Source: Raillietiella orientalis (lineage: Eukaryota). Taken from it: a DNA stretch of 64,000 nucleotides. The stretch lies in NCBI GenBank assembly GCA_036172245.1, contig JAYWIR010000031.1, forward strand, positions 2,232,001-2,296,000, written 5' to 3'. Below the pieces are notes generated by a model that saw nothing but the letters and a program-made list of their open reading frames with translations, was not told the origin of the DNA and did no database searches. The translations under genes were made by a program, and so were the position numbers. How positions within the stretch are numbered: position 1 is the stretch's first letter; every line of letters begins with the position of its first letter. Below, in pieces: positions 45,150 to 59,099 of this stretch.

Positions 45150-48100
45150 TCGCGGTTAGTGAGGCTCAAAGGGAATGCCTCTTCGCAGCCATGTTAAATC
45201 CCGTTCCACACTCACAAAATGGGTGAGGAGGGTGTTTTTCCTTATGTCGAAAGAGCTTAGAGCGGCGCCACGTGGGAGGGTCACGTTGAGGACTTCGCCG
45301 AGCAGGTCACGCTCTTTTTTTTCCTGCTTGGCGATCCAGGTGGCGCAGCTTTCAAGTCGTGCCTTTGCGCCAGGAAATTTCTGCTTACGCGTCAAGAACG
45401 GTTTGGGTTCTCACTCTAGCGTGACGTCTCACGACAGCCTCGCTTTGAGACGGTGGTTTTCGAGATTTCGAGGTGGCTCCCCCTCCACGAAAGCCATTCC
45501 TGCCGTGGGTTTCCATTCTCGGTTTTCCTACCACTCACCTATTGCTGCTGTTTCTGTTGATCCATTAAAGGCCTATCGGCGCTACCCAACAACCGCAGTT
45601 TCTTTCGGAGTGATCGCGTGCTTCTCTGCAAGGTTGTGCATTCTCGTTCAATCAGCCATCCTCTGTCATCATCTTGGCAAACAAGGTCAGCAGTTCCGCG
45701 AAAGCTTTTTTTTGTCCCCACCCTGGTGCTCTTGTGAGTTACAGAGTCAGGATCAGGAGTTCTGACGTTCTTCGGAGCGTCATTTTCCAACTTCCGAGTT
45801 TCGCTGCCGCCAAAAGACTGTAAGATCAGCAGATTCCTGTCAGAAATCCACCATTCTATCGTGCAGATGTCAGTTCCATCAGGTTTCAGATGTGGTTGCG
45901 AGTGCTGCATCGTTCCCGTGCATCTGCCAGTGCTGTTTGCATGCTGGTGGTGGAGCACCGACAAAGAATCTCCCGCAGAGGGGATCGTCCATCCGCTCCA
46001 CTGATCCGATCCCGTCGAGATCACGAAACGAAAATCGCGGCACTCCTCTCTTCCCAGAAAGGATCCACCCACCTTGATCACATGAGCAGAAAGTTTCGTT
46101 TCTTGAGATCTATCGCGCTTTTGTTCAGCCTAGCAGATTGCATCCCTGGTGTCTTCATCTCGCCTGCCACTCGCAGCTGCTCTCGTTTGGATAATCCCCT
46201 ACGCTGCACCTTACGATCCTCCGCCCTCATTCGGATTTTCGGAGTTGAGAGAGCCAAGATCTCCCTCCCCCGACGGCGGCTGAATCCCACCGACTCCTGC
46301 AGAGACCCCTGTTGACTGTGGGCAATGGGGATCACTCAAAATGGGGTGCTCCCCGCCCGCCAGCAGAGGGAGACTGTCGAATCCATGCAGCTCTTCTGCT
46401 GCTGCTCTAAGCCTTCTCCACGAGTGCTTTTTCGGGTCCTCTCGAAGTCTCTAACCTTCAGTGCAGCGACCCTTACGGACTTCCAACAGTAGAACCTGCA
46501 CTCTTGGAGGCCCTTTCAGAGGACTTCGCGGCGCGTGCTTCCTTCGATGAGCGGCGAGGGCACCCTCTCGGGATCTCCGCACAGACCGTGAGAGTTGGGG
46601 GGGAAAATAAGAGTGGGCAGGTCCCGGCCTCGCCGGAGCGCTTTTCGTCTCTTGAAGAGTTCGATCCTGACGTCGGGGCGCTGGAGACCTAGCTCGTTGC
46701 GTCCTACAGACCTATCTTTTCGGTGGCCTTGCTTTCTGCGAGCTTCGAAGGAGAGGTCTCGTGGCTTGGCCGCGTGAGGGCGCTATAGCTACCGTTCGCC
46801 CAACAGACCTACGTTGCGTTCCATCTAAGCTTGGTGGGCGGAACCTCCGCCCTGGTTGTCTTCGAAGCGGACTCCGAAGGGAACCTCTTCCTTACTCTCT
46901 CCGGACTGGTCCCCTGTAGAAGGAGGAGTCCCCTTTTCTTCTCCGAAGGGAAACCCGGAAAGAACTCTCTCCTTCCTTGTTTCCTCTCCTGAAGAGAACC
47001 TCGAAGGAACGCTTCCCAACTTCTCTCTGAAGGTAGCAGCAGATTTCGTACACTTTGGAGAGGCAACCCCCGAGTGGGCCTGGTCTCCCCTCGCGAAAGG
47101 GAGATGGATCCATTTTCACAACCGGAGGGGAACCCCGAAGGACTCCTTGATTCCTGGATGGACCCCGAAGTTTTGTCGACTTCCAATCCCGGCCAGTGAA
47201 CGGGAAGGCGTCCGGTTTCCGGATTCCACCTGTGCCGCGGCGCCGCAACATCATCCTACGGGGGAGGGGGGGACTCGAAACCCACGACGCACCTATCTCT
47301 CTGGCATGGATCCTCCTCCAAGTGAGGATTCGAATCCGCAGCACTTGGCACCACGAGCGGGTGGACCGTATGCGTACGACTGTCGACCCTCGTTGGCGGC
47401 CGTGCGGCTGCGGTTGCGTTCCATGTGGCGCACACTTGGCGACAGCGAGGCGGGAGAGGAGGGGAACCACAGTCATCTCCCTGCCGTGTCGTTCCTAGCG
47501 ATCCAAAGCCACCCGTCTCTACCCTCCCTCCGATCGGTCGGAGGGCATTTCTTCAGAAAACTCTTGTTTGTCGAACTTTTCCCTACACGCATCCACGGCG
47601 CCTTGGATGCAGCTTCTTCGACCGATCGAAGGCAACGAGAGGAAGTCCCACTTTGAGCATCCGGTTCTCCGCGTCCGTTTTCTCACTGAGCTCTGCTGAT
47701 CCGGAACCACTCAGAGGATCCATGAAGAATATTTTCTCTCAGGTTCGTCCCCCTCCGCCCGAGGAAGGAAGAGCATCAGTAGCTACGCGGGAGCTTGAGC
47801 CCCCATTCTTCTCCCGTGAGACCTTTTGAAAAGCACGCTACGCTTACCGGAATGGCTGGACACGCATCTTTCGAGCGATAGCCCCCTCCCCCCCACATCT
47901 TTTTGTGGCGACGACGAAGAAAGTCATTCATCGTTCCCCGAATCGCTGGACATCCTTCAAGCACGCCGCATTCCGGCTGCTCTTGTGGGAAGCTTACTGT
48001 CCGAGAGGAAGAGGTCACAACACTCTTTGCCCACTCCCGCGGGCGTAGATCACGGTTGGTTTTCGCGGAAGTCCGAGATCAGGGAGGCTCGAATCCTCCA

Positions 48101-49750
48101 GCCAGACAACAGCGCATCCGCGGAAGGGGAAGGGGAGGAAAATCTCTCCTTTCCTCTTCGACCTTTTGTGGAAGATGCCCCAGTATCCCTTTGAATCGGA
48201 GGAATCTCCGAAGTGGTTGCTGGACTTTTCGATCGAAATACATTCCGTCTGCGGCGATTTTTTCCCCCTTCCTTCCTGAGCGCAACTGCTCGTACCAAGA
48301 ACCACCTGACCGTTCCATTCGAGCAACGCTCATCCCCTTGGCAACGCATGCCCGTGTCTGAGCAGCGGCGTCGAACATGCGCACTGCTGCGAAGCAAAGC
48401 GAAACGCTAACCACGGAGCCCACTCGTATGCATTTGATGAGGACTTGTGGTCCATTGTGATAAGGGAAGAAGATACGGTGGAGACGCGTGTGCGCACTGC
48501 GTGGGGTCTAAGCGTGTAAACACCAGGAATCTACTGGAATCTTTTCCCTCGTTCGCTCGTTCCTCTTCTGGTTCCTTCAGTCCTGGAGGAGGGGGAGATT
48601 TCGAAACGGAGGTGTTCGCGAGCCTGTTTTTTCGCTCTTCTGACGCGTGTGAAAAAAAAAAAAAAAAAATGTTGAGAAAGACCACGTTTCAGTCGGCGAG
48701 GAAAAGCCACACTCTCCCGTTTACTTCCCGCAACCTTTTCCTGATTTTAGAGGCTTTGAAACGTTGTCTTGTCTTCCCCGGGAAACGCGGCAGCAGGCGG
48801 AGAAGAACGGCGCCCACGCAGTCGACACTTTTTCCCCCCCGATGTGGTGGTTGTGCCGCCTTGAGGTGGCTGGAGCTCGAAAAGGGACTGGGATGTTCAT
48901 CGCCGCGTGCCGTGCAGCGCGCACTCGAGTTAAGTGCGACGCGGCACTTGCTATCTGGACGTGTCGTACGTGCACGCCATAATCTTTATGTGGCTTCCTT
49001 TCTGGAACAGAAAGGGAATGGAGCCTGCCGGGGAGCAGGATGACGGGCCTTGTCTGTACCCTCCTTTGGTTGGCTGCTCGCACTCACCCGCAGCTCAGCT
49101 GCTGGTGAGCAGACAAGAGAGGCGGGGGGGGGGGTGTTCCCCTGGCCTTCCGCAGAAAGGATCCGGACTCCGCGAGGAGCTCGGCCTTCACTCAGGCCTC
49201 TCCTCATCGGCATCTGGAGATGGAAGGAACAGGACGTTGCCACGGCTTTCGCGATCTCCTGGAAACCGGCAGCGATGTTCCGGTGGGATGCAAGTTGCCA
49301 CGCTGCAGGCAGACAAGCGTGGCTGCTACTCAACGGATGCGAGCACCCAAGGAACCGTCGTCGTAAGCGGCGGAAGTCGAGAAGGCAGTCTGGAGTACGT
49401 GGAGAAACCCTGACGTTCGGCGCAGGCGCCTGGATGTGGACGAGCGAGTCGCGGAACCCCGGACTCCCTAACTCGCTCCTCGTCTCTGGAGAAAGAAGAA
49501 ACGCGCGCTCGCATGCGGTTGACGGATTCTCGAGTACAGGTAGAGGGGGAGGACTTGTTCCTACTGACCCTGGAATCTTGAGCACGAGATTCTTCCCGAT
49601 TTCGAGGAAGGAAACAAAGAGGGAGGGAGCTTCTCTGGAGACGAACACGTTCTTCTTGAAGACGGTGTGGTCATCGATGGAGTTTGTTTGGAAGAGGCAT
49701 GCAACTCGGCGTGGCTGATCGAAGGAGGCAGAGAGGAATGTCCTCTGTGC
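45150..49750 (-). mobile_element. Near full-length degraded R1-like LINE (gag, endonuclease, RT), interrupted by SINE copy D
   Basis: Endonuclease: FGDSSDSKGYWG..KRKGE..PTVIYARG. Linker: SKWDFL..IQGAVD. RT: MRAEDRKV..GLSKREQL..LNKSAIDLKK; IKVGGSFLGREECRDFRFVI..QWS. Decayed gag knuckle region at 48720-49000. Confidence 0.6.
46840..47390 (-). mobile_element. tRNA-derived SINE, copy D
   Basis: Two B-boxes on the minus strand (GGATTCGAATCCTCAC; GGGTTTCGAGTCCCC). The body motif CTCCTTGATTCCTGGA is shared with A, C and F. Confidence 0.75.
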
Positions 49751-50089
49751 TGGTTCTAGTTGAGTGGGTAGGAAAAGCGACCGACCCTGACGACACTTAC
49801 TTTTCTGCCGGTCGCCATGATGTCTGAAGGTTCATCCAAAAAGAACCTGAAGTAGGAGAGTCTGAACGAGGTGACGGGCAAGCCCTTCGGGAATCCGTCA
49901 TCCCGGAAGAAGGGGGGGAGGAAAAGGGGAGCGAGACACACTGACAGTGAAAAGTACTTCTCAGGAGCGATTCCAGGTGGATTGCAAACACTGAGTCCAC
50001 CCTGGAGACAGGCATGATTCCACGGTGGATTCTCGCCGGGTGTGGATTAAAGACGAATCTGGTAAAAAAAAAAAAAAAAAAAAGACTTC

Positions 50090-52250
50090 CTGTGACATCA
50101 TGAGATGAAGTTTCCTTGGGGTGTCAAGCAGCATCACCCGTGTCTTATTTCTTTGATCCACAGAGGATCTTCCGATCTTCTTCAAGCAAGCAGCGCCATC
50201 CCGACTCTCGTCACACTGCTTTCGAAGCCTCCCGTCAAAGCATCTCTTGTCTCTTGGCCTTTCGGCGCGCAGCGACACGTGACCTGCGTTCACGCAGCTG
50301 CCTAAACGAGTCGGACCGGGATTTCTTGCCTCCGAAGAAGGAAAAAGCGGCAAATCTCAGCAAGCAGCCACTCTTCAAGGACAGCCTGCAGTCTCAGGAA
50401 CAGCTCGAGACCTGAGCTAGTGGGACGTCGAGCACGTCTTTCTGTCCTTAGACTGGTGACCGTCACTCGCTTTCAGTGTTAACACTCGAAGAGCTCCTCG
50501 GTTACCCGTCAGACCATGCAGCTGGGGTCGGGCGAGGGAGCACACGTAAGCACGCTCTCGGCGGAAGTGGCAGTCTTGTGAGTAAATAACTGGTCGATTG
50601 ATACCTTCCACTTCTTGTCGATTACTCTGTATCCGAAGAAATCGAATGCTCCAGGACCCAGATCCGTTTTGACTATGAAGATAGCTTTATCAAGAGACGA
50701 GGTCCATTTCTCCGCTCTTTGCCTCCCTGTTTATTAATGTAATTTTTTTTTTCCTTCTTAATGCGGCAAACGTGTCAAAAGGAACGATTTTTTCTCTACA
50801 AGTGGCACGGTGGCAGCTGTGCGGCTTAGAAGTGGTTCTGATCCGTTCTGCGTAGAGAAAGAGAGAGAGAGAGAGGGGGGGGGGAAGAGGAGGAGAAACA
50901 CTGAGTTATTTTCTGCAGGCATACCGCAAGAGCGTAACACTAGGTGTTTGTGTCCATCTAGCAGCCACAAAAAGACGGGAAGAAAAAAAACAAAAAAATT
51001 CTCCCGGGCTGTTCGTTAGAAACTGGCACTGTAATTTTCTAACCAACAGACCTTCTTAATGCACCAATAGAAATTAATCAAGAAATTGACAAAAAAGTTC
51101 ATCACTGCTTAAGGCGTTTCATTGAAAACAAGGATGAAAACGAGGAAACACTGCGATCAAGTGTTGCACAAAGGTGCGAAGGCGAAGTGGAACCGGTGGT
51201 GGTTGGCCTGCAAACACGTTCAAGTCTTCCAAATCGACAGGGAAGCGGAGTGTGCCGGGCCGATGTGCCGGGACGTTTCTATGCCTGAGATAAGGCACGC
51301 GGCACGGATCCTAATCTGCTTCGGATTCCGTAGTCAAAGAAAATACACACAGAGAACCTCTGAGACGTATGGGGAACGCTAGCGAAGCTTCGATCACGCT
51401 TCGACGGGGTCCATCAGCAAGAAAAGGGATCATTTTGAAAACAGTCGCTCTCCCTGAAGATCACCTTGGAGAGATCTTAGCTTGTAAACACAGAGATGCA
51501 CAAGTAAAGTACCAAAAAAAAAAAAAAATTCTCCTTGGTTTTCCTTTCTAGTGGTCCTTCTGGAAAGATTTGGATCTAGAAATGGCTCGTCCGAATTTGC
51601 TTCATTTTCTTAGCGATGGCGGAGAAATGTGGTGATCGGGATGTTTAATAAGACAAGTGCAAGCGTTAAAGGTGCACGTGATGAACACTGGTTTGAATCT
51701 TTGGAAAAAAAAAAAAAAAAAAGAAGATTGTCTCTGAAAACTTCGTTTGCTTGGAGAGACGAGCATAAAGTGACTGATACGTGAGAGGCGGAAGGATAGA
51801 CTCTTCAAATGTGTTGAAACCTCATGGAAATGGAGTCAAGGCGCACGCTGTAGGGAAGGACGTGAATTCCCTATTTTACAACAGCTGCGGAATCAGTTTT
51901 CGGGACTGATAGTCTCATTCATCAGCTCGAGACGTCTTCAAGGTTCCCTGTTCTGCCTCTAATATCCTAACAACAGAATAACTCCAATAGACACAGGATG
52001 TGTTTCTGGAATCTGCCTTGGTATGTGGGTGTGCCTAATTTCGCCCAAGGATCACGATAACAGAGGGAATGTTGAAACGCAACGCCACGTTAGGTCACTG
52101 GGCGAGATGAAGACTAGTGAAAACGGAAGTGTCCCCATTGCTGGGTTCAGTTTTCGTGGTGATGCACACTTGAAATTTCGCTGCAGGCATCTGCATGCCA
52201 GCAATGAACGCTTCTATCACTTAAACATGTGCGTAACTATATAACATTGC
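50090..52250 (-). mobile_element. piggyBac transposase remnant
   Basis: Motifs: KITVPVSNEQ (TVDEQ), LWLLDG, KWKVSIDQL (KxGVDxxDQ), KRC..QCD..CLK (Cys-rich end). The 5' boundary is uncertain. Confidence 0.5.
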
Positions 52251-52336
52251 ATGCAGGCATGTAACGTGTCTGCTATCGGAGCACCTTTTACAAGAAACCC
52301 ACAAAGCCTCAAGGCGCCAGAATGAAAATCATTTAT

Positions 52337-53255
52337 TACGAGGCGCGTCTCGAAAGTAAGCGCTTATCGGACATAAAGACAGAGCAAGAAACAAGAGGAA
52401 CAAAGGTGTATTGGTGCTTCGAAACACGTACACCCCCGTGTCATTTTTCCACGTAGTCACCACCATTTTTGCCCAAAGGCTTTTGACACCGCAGAACGAG
52501 CTTTTTGAAACCCTCTGCATGAAATCCCGTCGCCTGGGAGTTCAGCAGCACTGCAGTTTTCAACTCCTCACTCTCCCCCTCGAATCGTCGAGCCACTTCT
52601 GAAGCTGCAGGAAGACTTGGTGGTCACTGGACAGGACTGTAGGGTGGATGATCAAAAAGTTTCCATTTGAATTTCTGAATTGTCTGGAATGTGAGGACAG
52701 CAGTGCGTGGGATCAAAAGGGTGTGTGCTTTTGGTCTGGGACAACCACCACTTCTCAAGTCTAAGCAGCGTTGAAGGTGTTTCACCTTCAAAGCCGCGGA
52801 GTGCCACTCAGAGCCGACGACGTGGAATGCTGAGATCAGCAATTGCTCTTCTCCACGACAACGCGCGCCTTGGCAACACATGCCGTTCACCCATTCCAGA
52901 CAATTCGGAAATTCAAATGGAAACTTTTTGATCATCCACCCTACAGTCCTGTCCAGTGACCACCAAGTCTTCCTGCACCTCCAGAAGTGGCTCAACGATT
53001 CGAGGGGGAGAGTGAGGAGTGGAAAACTGCAGTGCTGCTGAACTCCCAGGCGGCGAGATTTCTTGCAGAGGAATTTCATTTCTAAAAAAGCTTCTTCCAC
53101 GTTATCAAAAGCGCTTGGGGAAAAAATGGTGGTGACTGCGTGGAAAAATGACACGGGGGTGTACGTGTTTCGAACCACCAATACACCTTTGTTCCTCTTG
53201 TTTGTTGTTCTGTCTTTATATCCGATAAGCGCTTACTTTTGAGACGCGCCTTGTA
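52337..53255 (+). mobile_element. mariner-derived fold-back MITE (915 bp) with TA target duplications
   Basis: TA|CGAGGCGCGTCTCGAAAGTAAGCGC ... GCGCTTACTTTTGAGACGCGCCTTG|TA. Inverted arms are ~355 bp. Transposase motifs: RRRGMLRSAIALLHDNAR, FDHPPYSPV, GDCVEK*. Confidence 0.92.
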
Positions 53256-53279
53256 AAATACCCGACGAATGAAGGGTGT

Positions 53280-56200
53280 GTAGTGCTCTGTTCAGTTCGT
53301 GACTAACCAATACTCACAATGCTTATACACTGCACCGTGTACAAATATCCGTATAGACAGCGAATTTCCTTACAGACGGTTTAGTGCCCTTAAAAATCCG
53401 TGCACTCATGCCTTCCGGGAAAAAGGTCCGCTTTGAAGACAACATTGAGTTCCTCATTCGCCCATTTATCAAACGATTAAAACTTCACGTGTTTTCGCGC
53501 TACGCCCACTTCGCGATCTTCCAGCAAGCAAATGAAGGCACGAAAGGAAATCTCGGGACTTCTGCTTCTGGTGCTTCAGATAGTTCCACTGTCATTCTAC
53601 AGCACTGAATTCCTCCTCACTGCCTTCGTATCATTTTTCCGTCGCTGTGACTTAGGGTTTTTTTTTTTTCCATCTCTGCAGGATCGATCCTTTGACTGCA
53701 GCTTTTGAAAAATCTTTCGGGTCTGCACTGCTTTAGAGACTCCTTTGTTTAGGGCTCCAGCATAACATCCACTTCACAGCGAGACCTGGAGAGGAAACTT
53801 CCTTTCGCATCTGCGTTGCTTGGTGTCCGGTGTCAGCCGAGTATCATGTTTTAGGATTGCAGATTTTCAGAGAGTTTGCTTACAAAAAATGCAACCTTCG
53901 GTTTAATGTAATCGAACTTCAGGGAAGAGGTGGTAATGAAGATGCTTTAGTGATGAGGGAAGGTACTGGTGAATGTCAGCTGCTGAGCGTTTTTGAATCT
54001 TAGGGAGACTGGTACAGATTTCTCAGCAGGATTCTCGCCCACGCAATGAAAGCTCCAAACAGAGAAGCCTTTAATTAGAGATCGGAGTGCTCTTAAAACA
54101 ATAACTGCACGGAGTAATTGTGGACCAGCGTACGCCTACGCGCAAACCCAATTTCTAAACGTTTTCAGCACGAAGATATGGGATAGCCATCGTCATACTT
54201 GCACGTATGGGTAGGAAGGATTTCAAAGGTCAGCTGGTGGCAATCCAAACCGTGAGGACTGCCTCCACTTTGAACAGTCCCAAGCGTCAGACGCGATTTT
54301 GGGGGCCGACCGGGCTTCGTTTCCATGTCCCCCTCCTTCGCTTTTCCATCCTCCCGACGTATCGAGAAGTTAATCATCTCAGTCATCCCATTTTATCGCG
54401 ATTTCCCAAAACTTTTACAGCTATTATTCCAGAGCATCTAATCGTGTGGCTGTTTGCTCCTGAAACAAATCCTCAGCCACGCCAGGATCTTCAATGCGCC
54501 CGGCGTATACTCTTCGTCGCTTGAATGAGATTCCGGGAGAGCATGCACCAGAAGAAAACCACTCTTGAAGAATAAATTGCCTTTCTTTCGTTCCGAGCCC
54601 GGCCGCCATTCTTTTGTTCAATTTTTCATTAGCTCGGAGGCCATTTGCGAGCTTTTCGCTGGGCGCCGTCTTCATCTCGAAGCAATGGCCTCGAGTACCG
54701 TTTTCCCGCACGCCGTCTCGAAAAAGCTTCCTGTTCCAGGCAGCTGATGCTGCTGGGATTTTCACGTTCGCTGCTCTTTGGGAATCCGAACCGGAGCTCG
54801 GAGACAATGGGAGGAAAACGCCTCTTCGCAATTCCTTTCACTGTGCCGCTTCGCGAGGTCTCCATCCCTCTCTTGTCTTCTTAGCGATTCCTAAAAGACT
54901 CTGACCATAAATATCTTCAGCGCATTCTCTTCTGGAACGCGGTGTGACACCGCCTCGAAATAGCGGTGCTGCTCGTAACCTCAGGCATTGTGGAAAGTGC
55001 CTTGGAAGCAGCCGGTGAATCCCCTCTTCCTCATCCCATCCACCTTCCCGCTTCTTCCGTTCCTTATCTTCCCGATCACCCTCTGCGTTTCGGAGCGTGC
55101 TGCTCGGGACCTCCCTGTACTCCGGTCTGGTGTCGCGCTCCTCTGCGTCGAACCTTCCAGGACTCTCTAAGGCTGTTTTTCCTTGGCGACGAATAGCAGA
55201 TCGTTCAGCTTCCTTCCACGAGTGCGAACTCTGCACGCAATTCGCTCTTCCATGTCTTTCTTCTCAGAGAGGACAATTTTCAGATTCAAATCGTCCTCTC
55301 CGATTTGAATCGTTTCGAAAGAAATGATGGAAAAAAATCCAGGACTTTGACTCAAAGTGATCGAGGCGCTCCCTTTGGTGCATCCCGGAGAGTCACGTCC
55401 CCTTTACGGAAGCTGTGCCCAAGTGCACCTTTTTCGGAGAGTGTCACCTGGTAGTCACCTCTGCCTCGAGTGCTTTGGGAACAGATAGCAGCCCAAGTAG
55501 CAGGTGACCCGCTACGACGTAGTTCTGGGAGCAGACCGTTAAAGTGTGAATAGCATCACGCGCCACCGCAAGGATAGATGCATATCTTTCGCATCTGAAA
55601 CTGCGTATCATCTCGGCAAACAAACTGCGAGCGCTCTTTACTCTTGGATCATCTCGCAGAGCTACGAACGGCGCGGCTTCAGAGAAACTGAAGTCCCTAA
55701 ATAGCTGAAATTTGGGGGGCGAGTTACCGTCCGTTAATGGTAATGGCATCTCTTAGCCACCTCCTGCTCTGATCACGCTGTGAAGATTCGTGTTTTGATC
55801 AGATGGGGCCGGTTTTTCAAACATACCGTCGGTTGATTACATGATTGATTACGTGCAGGTCAGCCCGGCTTGACTTTTTTGCATGCAGGCTGGCTTGGCT
55901 TGGCTTCGAGGTGCCCTGCTTTTCAAAGCGCTTGGTCAAGCAATCGCCTCCATAACAAGGGGCACCTACAGGCATTTCGAGAAATTCTCCCATCTCCGTG
56001 CTGACGGATCGGTAATTGGTTGCGCAGTGGTTTTCTGTGCGTGTCTGGAATTGAACGGCAAAGTCCACTATGAAGGGAAACCGTACCGAGGATGACGCTG
56101 TCGGAAATTCACTCTGGTTCCTGAACTCTCAACAGATTTCATGGTGACGCAAGATCGGCAGCTGAGAGTTCTGCATGCTTTGCAGGAGGAGCACATGGAC

Positions 56201-59050
56201 GTCGAAGATTTGCTGGCCTAGGAAGTTCCCGAAGTCGCATCAGCTTGCATCTTTGGATCCCTCATCACGAGAAACCGGTTTTTCTGTCAGTGGTGTTCGT
56301 CTCCGTTTCTTGTCGCATTCCAGAGAATGCCTTTAAGAGCATGGGGCTGCTTCAACTAAAGCTTGAATTCCCGTACTTGGAGAGGAAGGAAAAAGAACTC
56401 GTCCCTCATATCTGACAGGGATGAAAACATTTCCAAATAATGTCTGTTTTTCTTCGCCAATCCTCAGAGTGAATTGGGAAGCATTGCGGAGGGTCTTCTG
56501 CAGTTTTATTCTTTACTCATCGAAACTTGAAACGCGACGGTGAGAGCTTTGTGTGATCTCAGTACTTGTACACTCCTTCTAATCAAGTAAACCACGCGAG
56601 CTTCGTGCTTGGTACATCTCTTTCGAAGCAAATGCACTTTTCGCTTCAAATGTCAGTAGAAATTGTACCGGAGATCCCGCCGTTCATGGGAACACGGCGC
56701 TCGAACCATCTCTGGAAGAGTGCGGACAGCCCCAGAGGTCCTGTTGTTGCAAGAGCGCTTCCGTACACGAGCACTCGGGCTGCACACGAAATTTCTCATC
56801 CCTCTCGAATTCCTTGAAAATGCCTTCCTTCCTGCCTTGGCCCCACGAATTTCCACCGGACCTCAGCGCACGCGTCGTTCATCGCCTGTAACAGGGTTGC
56901 CATTGACAGTGCAGCGGTGTGTCGTTTCGGTGATTCGCTCCTTTGATGGAATCTTCACGAAAGCAGAGTGGAAATTCGATGGATACCACAGCGGAGCGCT
57001 GCAGTCACGTTTTCTCTTCAGGATACTGGAATCTCCGTCCGATAACAGTACGTCAGGAACCCTCCCGTCTGCGTCTGCCGTGTAGACAGACAAAAAAAAA
57101 ACTCGGCTAGCCAAACTCTGCCCATTATTTTGTAATGTTCGCTGAAACTTATTGCAAACAAATGAGCAACAGCCACTATTTAGGTGTCATGACTGCTACT
57201 AGGGTGCACTTTCGTCTCCCTTTTTTTCTGGTAAACTTCTTGTTTACCCGCCATGAAGCTTAAGTGCAGCTGGTTGCAGTCACTCGGAGAACCTGCTGAC
57301 GATCTTCATCCACGGAGAGCTTTATTGACCGAAAATGTGCTTGTGTAAGCAAAGTTAGACCTTGGATTGATCTCCGTGGATGGCTTTTTCGTAAATGCCA
57401 GCGGCCTTCTTGAAACACTGCCCTAATCCAGGAATCTGATTTCAAAAGTCTGTGTCCAGGCAAACGGTCTGTCCTCTATTCAAAGGAACTTGAGCTCTGT
57501 CCTTTGTCTGCTTCCGGTACGTGCTCTTTCAGGCGCACAGAGTCGCCTTGCTTGCGATCGGGTTCTCTCTGCCCGCCTTCCTCACCAAGCAGCCCTCAGT
57601 GTGGCACAGCCACGGCCACTAGGTGATCCACTCTGCACGTAACCCAACCGTCTCGAGAGTGAAAATGCTTTCGTTTCCAAGATGCCGAGAAGCCATCAGG
57701 GGGGCGTTTTGCCCCTTCGTTGCATAGAGTCGAAAAAAATGAACACTGACTCGCAAGACTAAGAGATGAGTCGCGCTCTCTCATCCCAGGTAGAGCGCTC
57801 TGCAAAAATGAGAGAACGAAAGAAGGCTCGCTTTACATCCTCAAGATGTATTCTTCCCGACAAATTTCTCCGGGTGCTAACAAACAGAAATGTTTTTCGA
57901 GGCGGGGAGTATTTTGTTTAAGTTTTTCTGAATCACTGTAATGCGTAAAACATATGTTTGGGATGCTGTTTTCTCTCTCTTTCTCTCCCTCTTTCAAACT
58001 CCTTTACTGGAGCAAGTGTTCTGCGTTGTGTGGCGCCTGCACACAGTTGGCTCCTCAATGTAAACAAGTAAATGAACTCACGAAAGAAGTTAATAAAACC
58101 TGAGGTCGCCTTTGCTATATTGTCTGTGAAAGCTAGCTGTTATTACAAGAGATACGTTCTTGGATGGAGACTGTAAGTATCTTGAAACTTCTTTCCGCGT
58201 TCAATTTGTCATGATCGGCGAGACGTCTCCACCCATTTTTCCTGGGAGGCCGTGTAGCGCACTTCCCGGGCCGCGGGTCCCCCCCTCGCGCTCCGCCGCG
58301 CTTTGCGTGCGAAGGAATTCGCGCCTACGAGGGTTCCTCTCCAGAGATTTTCTGGACGGGCATCCTGCGAAAACGCGCAACGAAGTGACTCCTGGCTTCT
58401 GCGTTTGTTTTTCTGTTTTTTGGTTTCCTTTCGGCTTCGGAGGAGCGGCATTCTCCGGGTGCCTTCGCTCCGCGTTGCTTCTTGCGCTTCTTCGAATGGC
58501 TTCCATTCATGATCTTCTGTCCAGAATGCATTCACGCTTTGCTTTCCCGGCACGCGTTGCCATCACAGCTCGAAGCGAAACCCAGGTCGGCACGTTCCGA
58601 CGAATAGAAGATTGTCGGGTTGCCTGCAAGGATAACAGCACGCAGGAATGTTTTCGTCGCCGAAAAGTGATTCGGAGGAGCTACTCCTATTCTTCACGCC
58701 TTGCTTGCGAAGACAATCACCGGGAGTGACACACATTCTGCCCCCCTGCCCGCGGCATGAATGCGGCGGAATCTGAATATTTACGGACAGACGACCTCTG
58801 GACAGATGGTTCCAGTCATACGTTCACGCAGTGGATATGTAGGATGGGGATGGATGTAGAAGCAGATTCCTCCGTCCGGAGAAATCTGTTTTTTTTCAAT
58901 GAGTAGCGCCCCCAATCTCCGACTTTTGAGATCGGTGGCGATTCGATGCACCGCTGGTAATTTTTTTTCATCCTCAGAATTCCATGCTTGTCGAGATAAG
59001 CCTTCACGAAGAGGGTTGTTTTGTGGCCGTGCGACTTCTGCGAAGCATCT
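53280..59050 (-). mobile_element. Near full-length degraded Tx1/L1-like LINE
   Basis: ORF1: GVKNR..NIP..GKQ..DHEWK. Endonuclease: SDCNQ, ASRVFF, LLSDGD. RT: QSPG..FVAK, RRGV..PLSP, EKLNK, LKIL, RLGLFKVE. Confidence 0.65.
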
Positions 59051-59099
59051 GCTTTGAGTGGCCCAGGTGGTTGCTTGTGGCAGCTTAGCGCAAAGCAGT

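Noticed and set aside
45100..45200. 28S rDNA or telomeric-repeat target at the R1-like 3' end
   Set aside because: No rDNA sequence or (TTAGG)n is visible.
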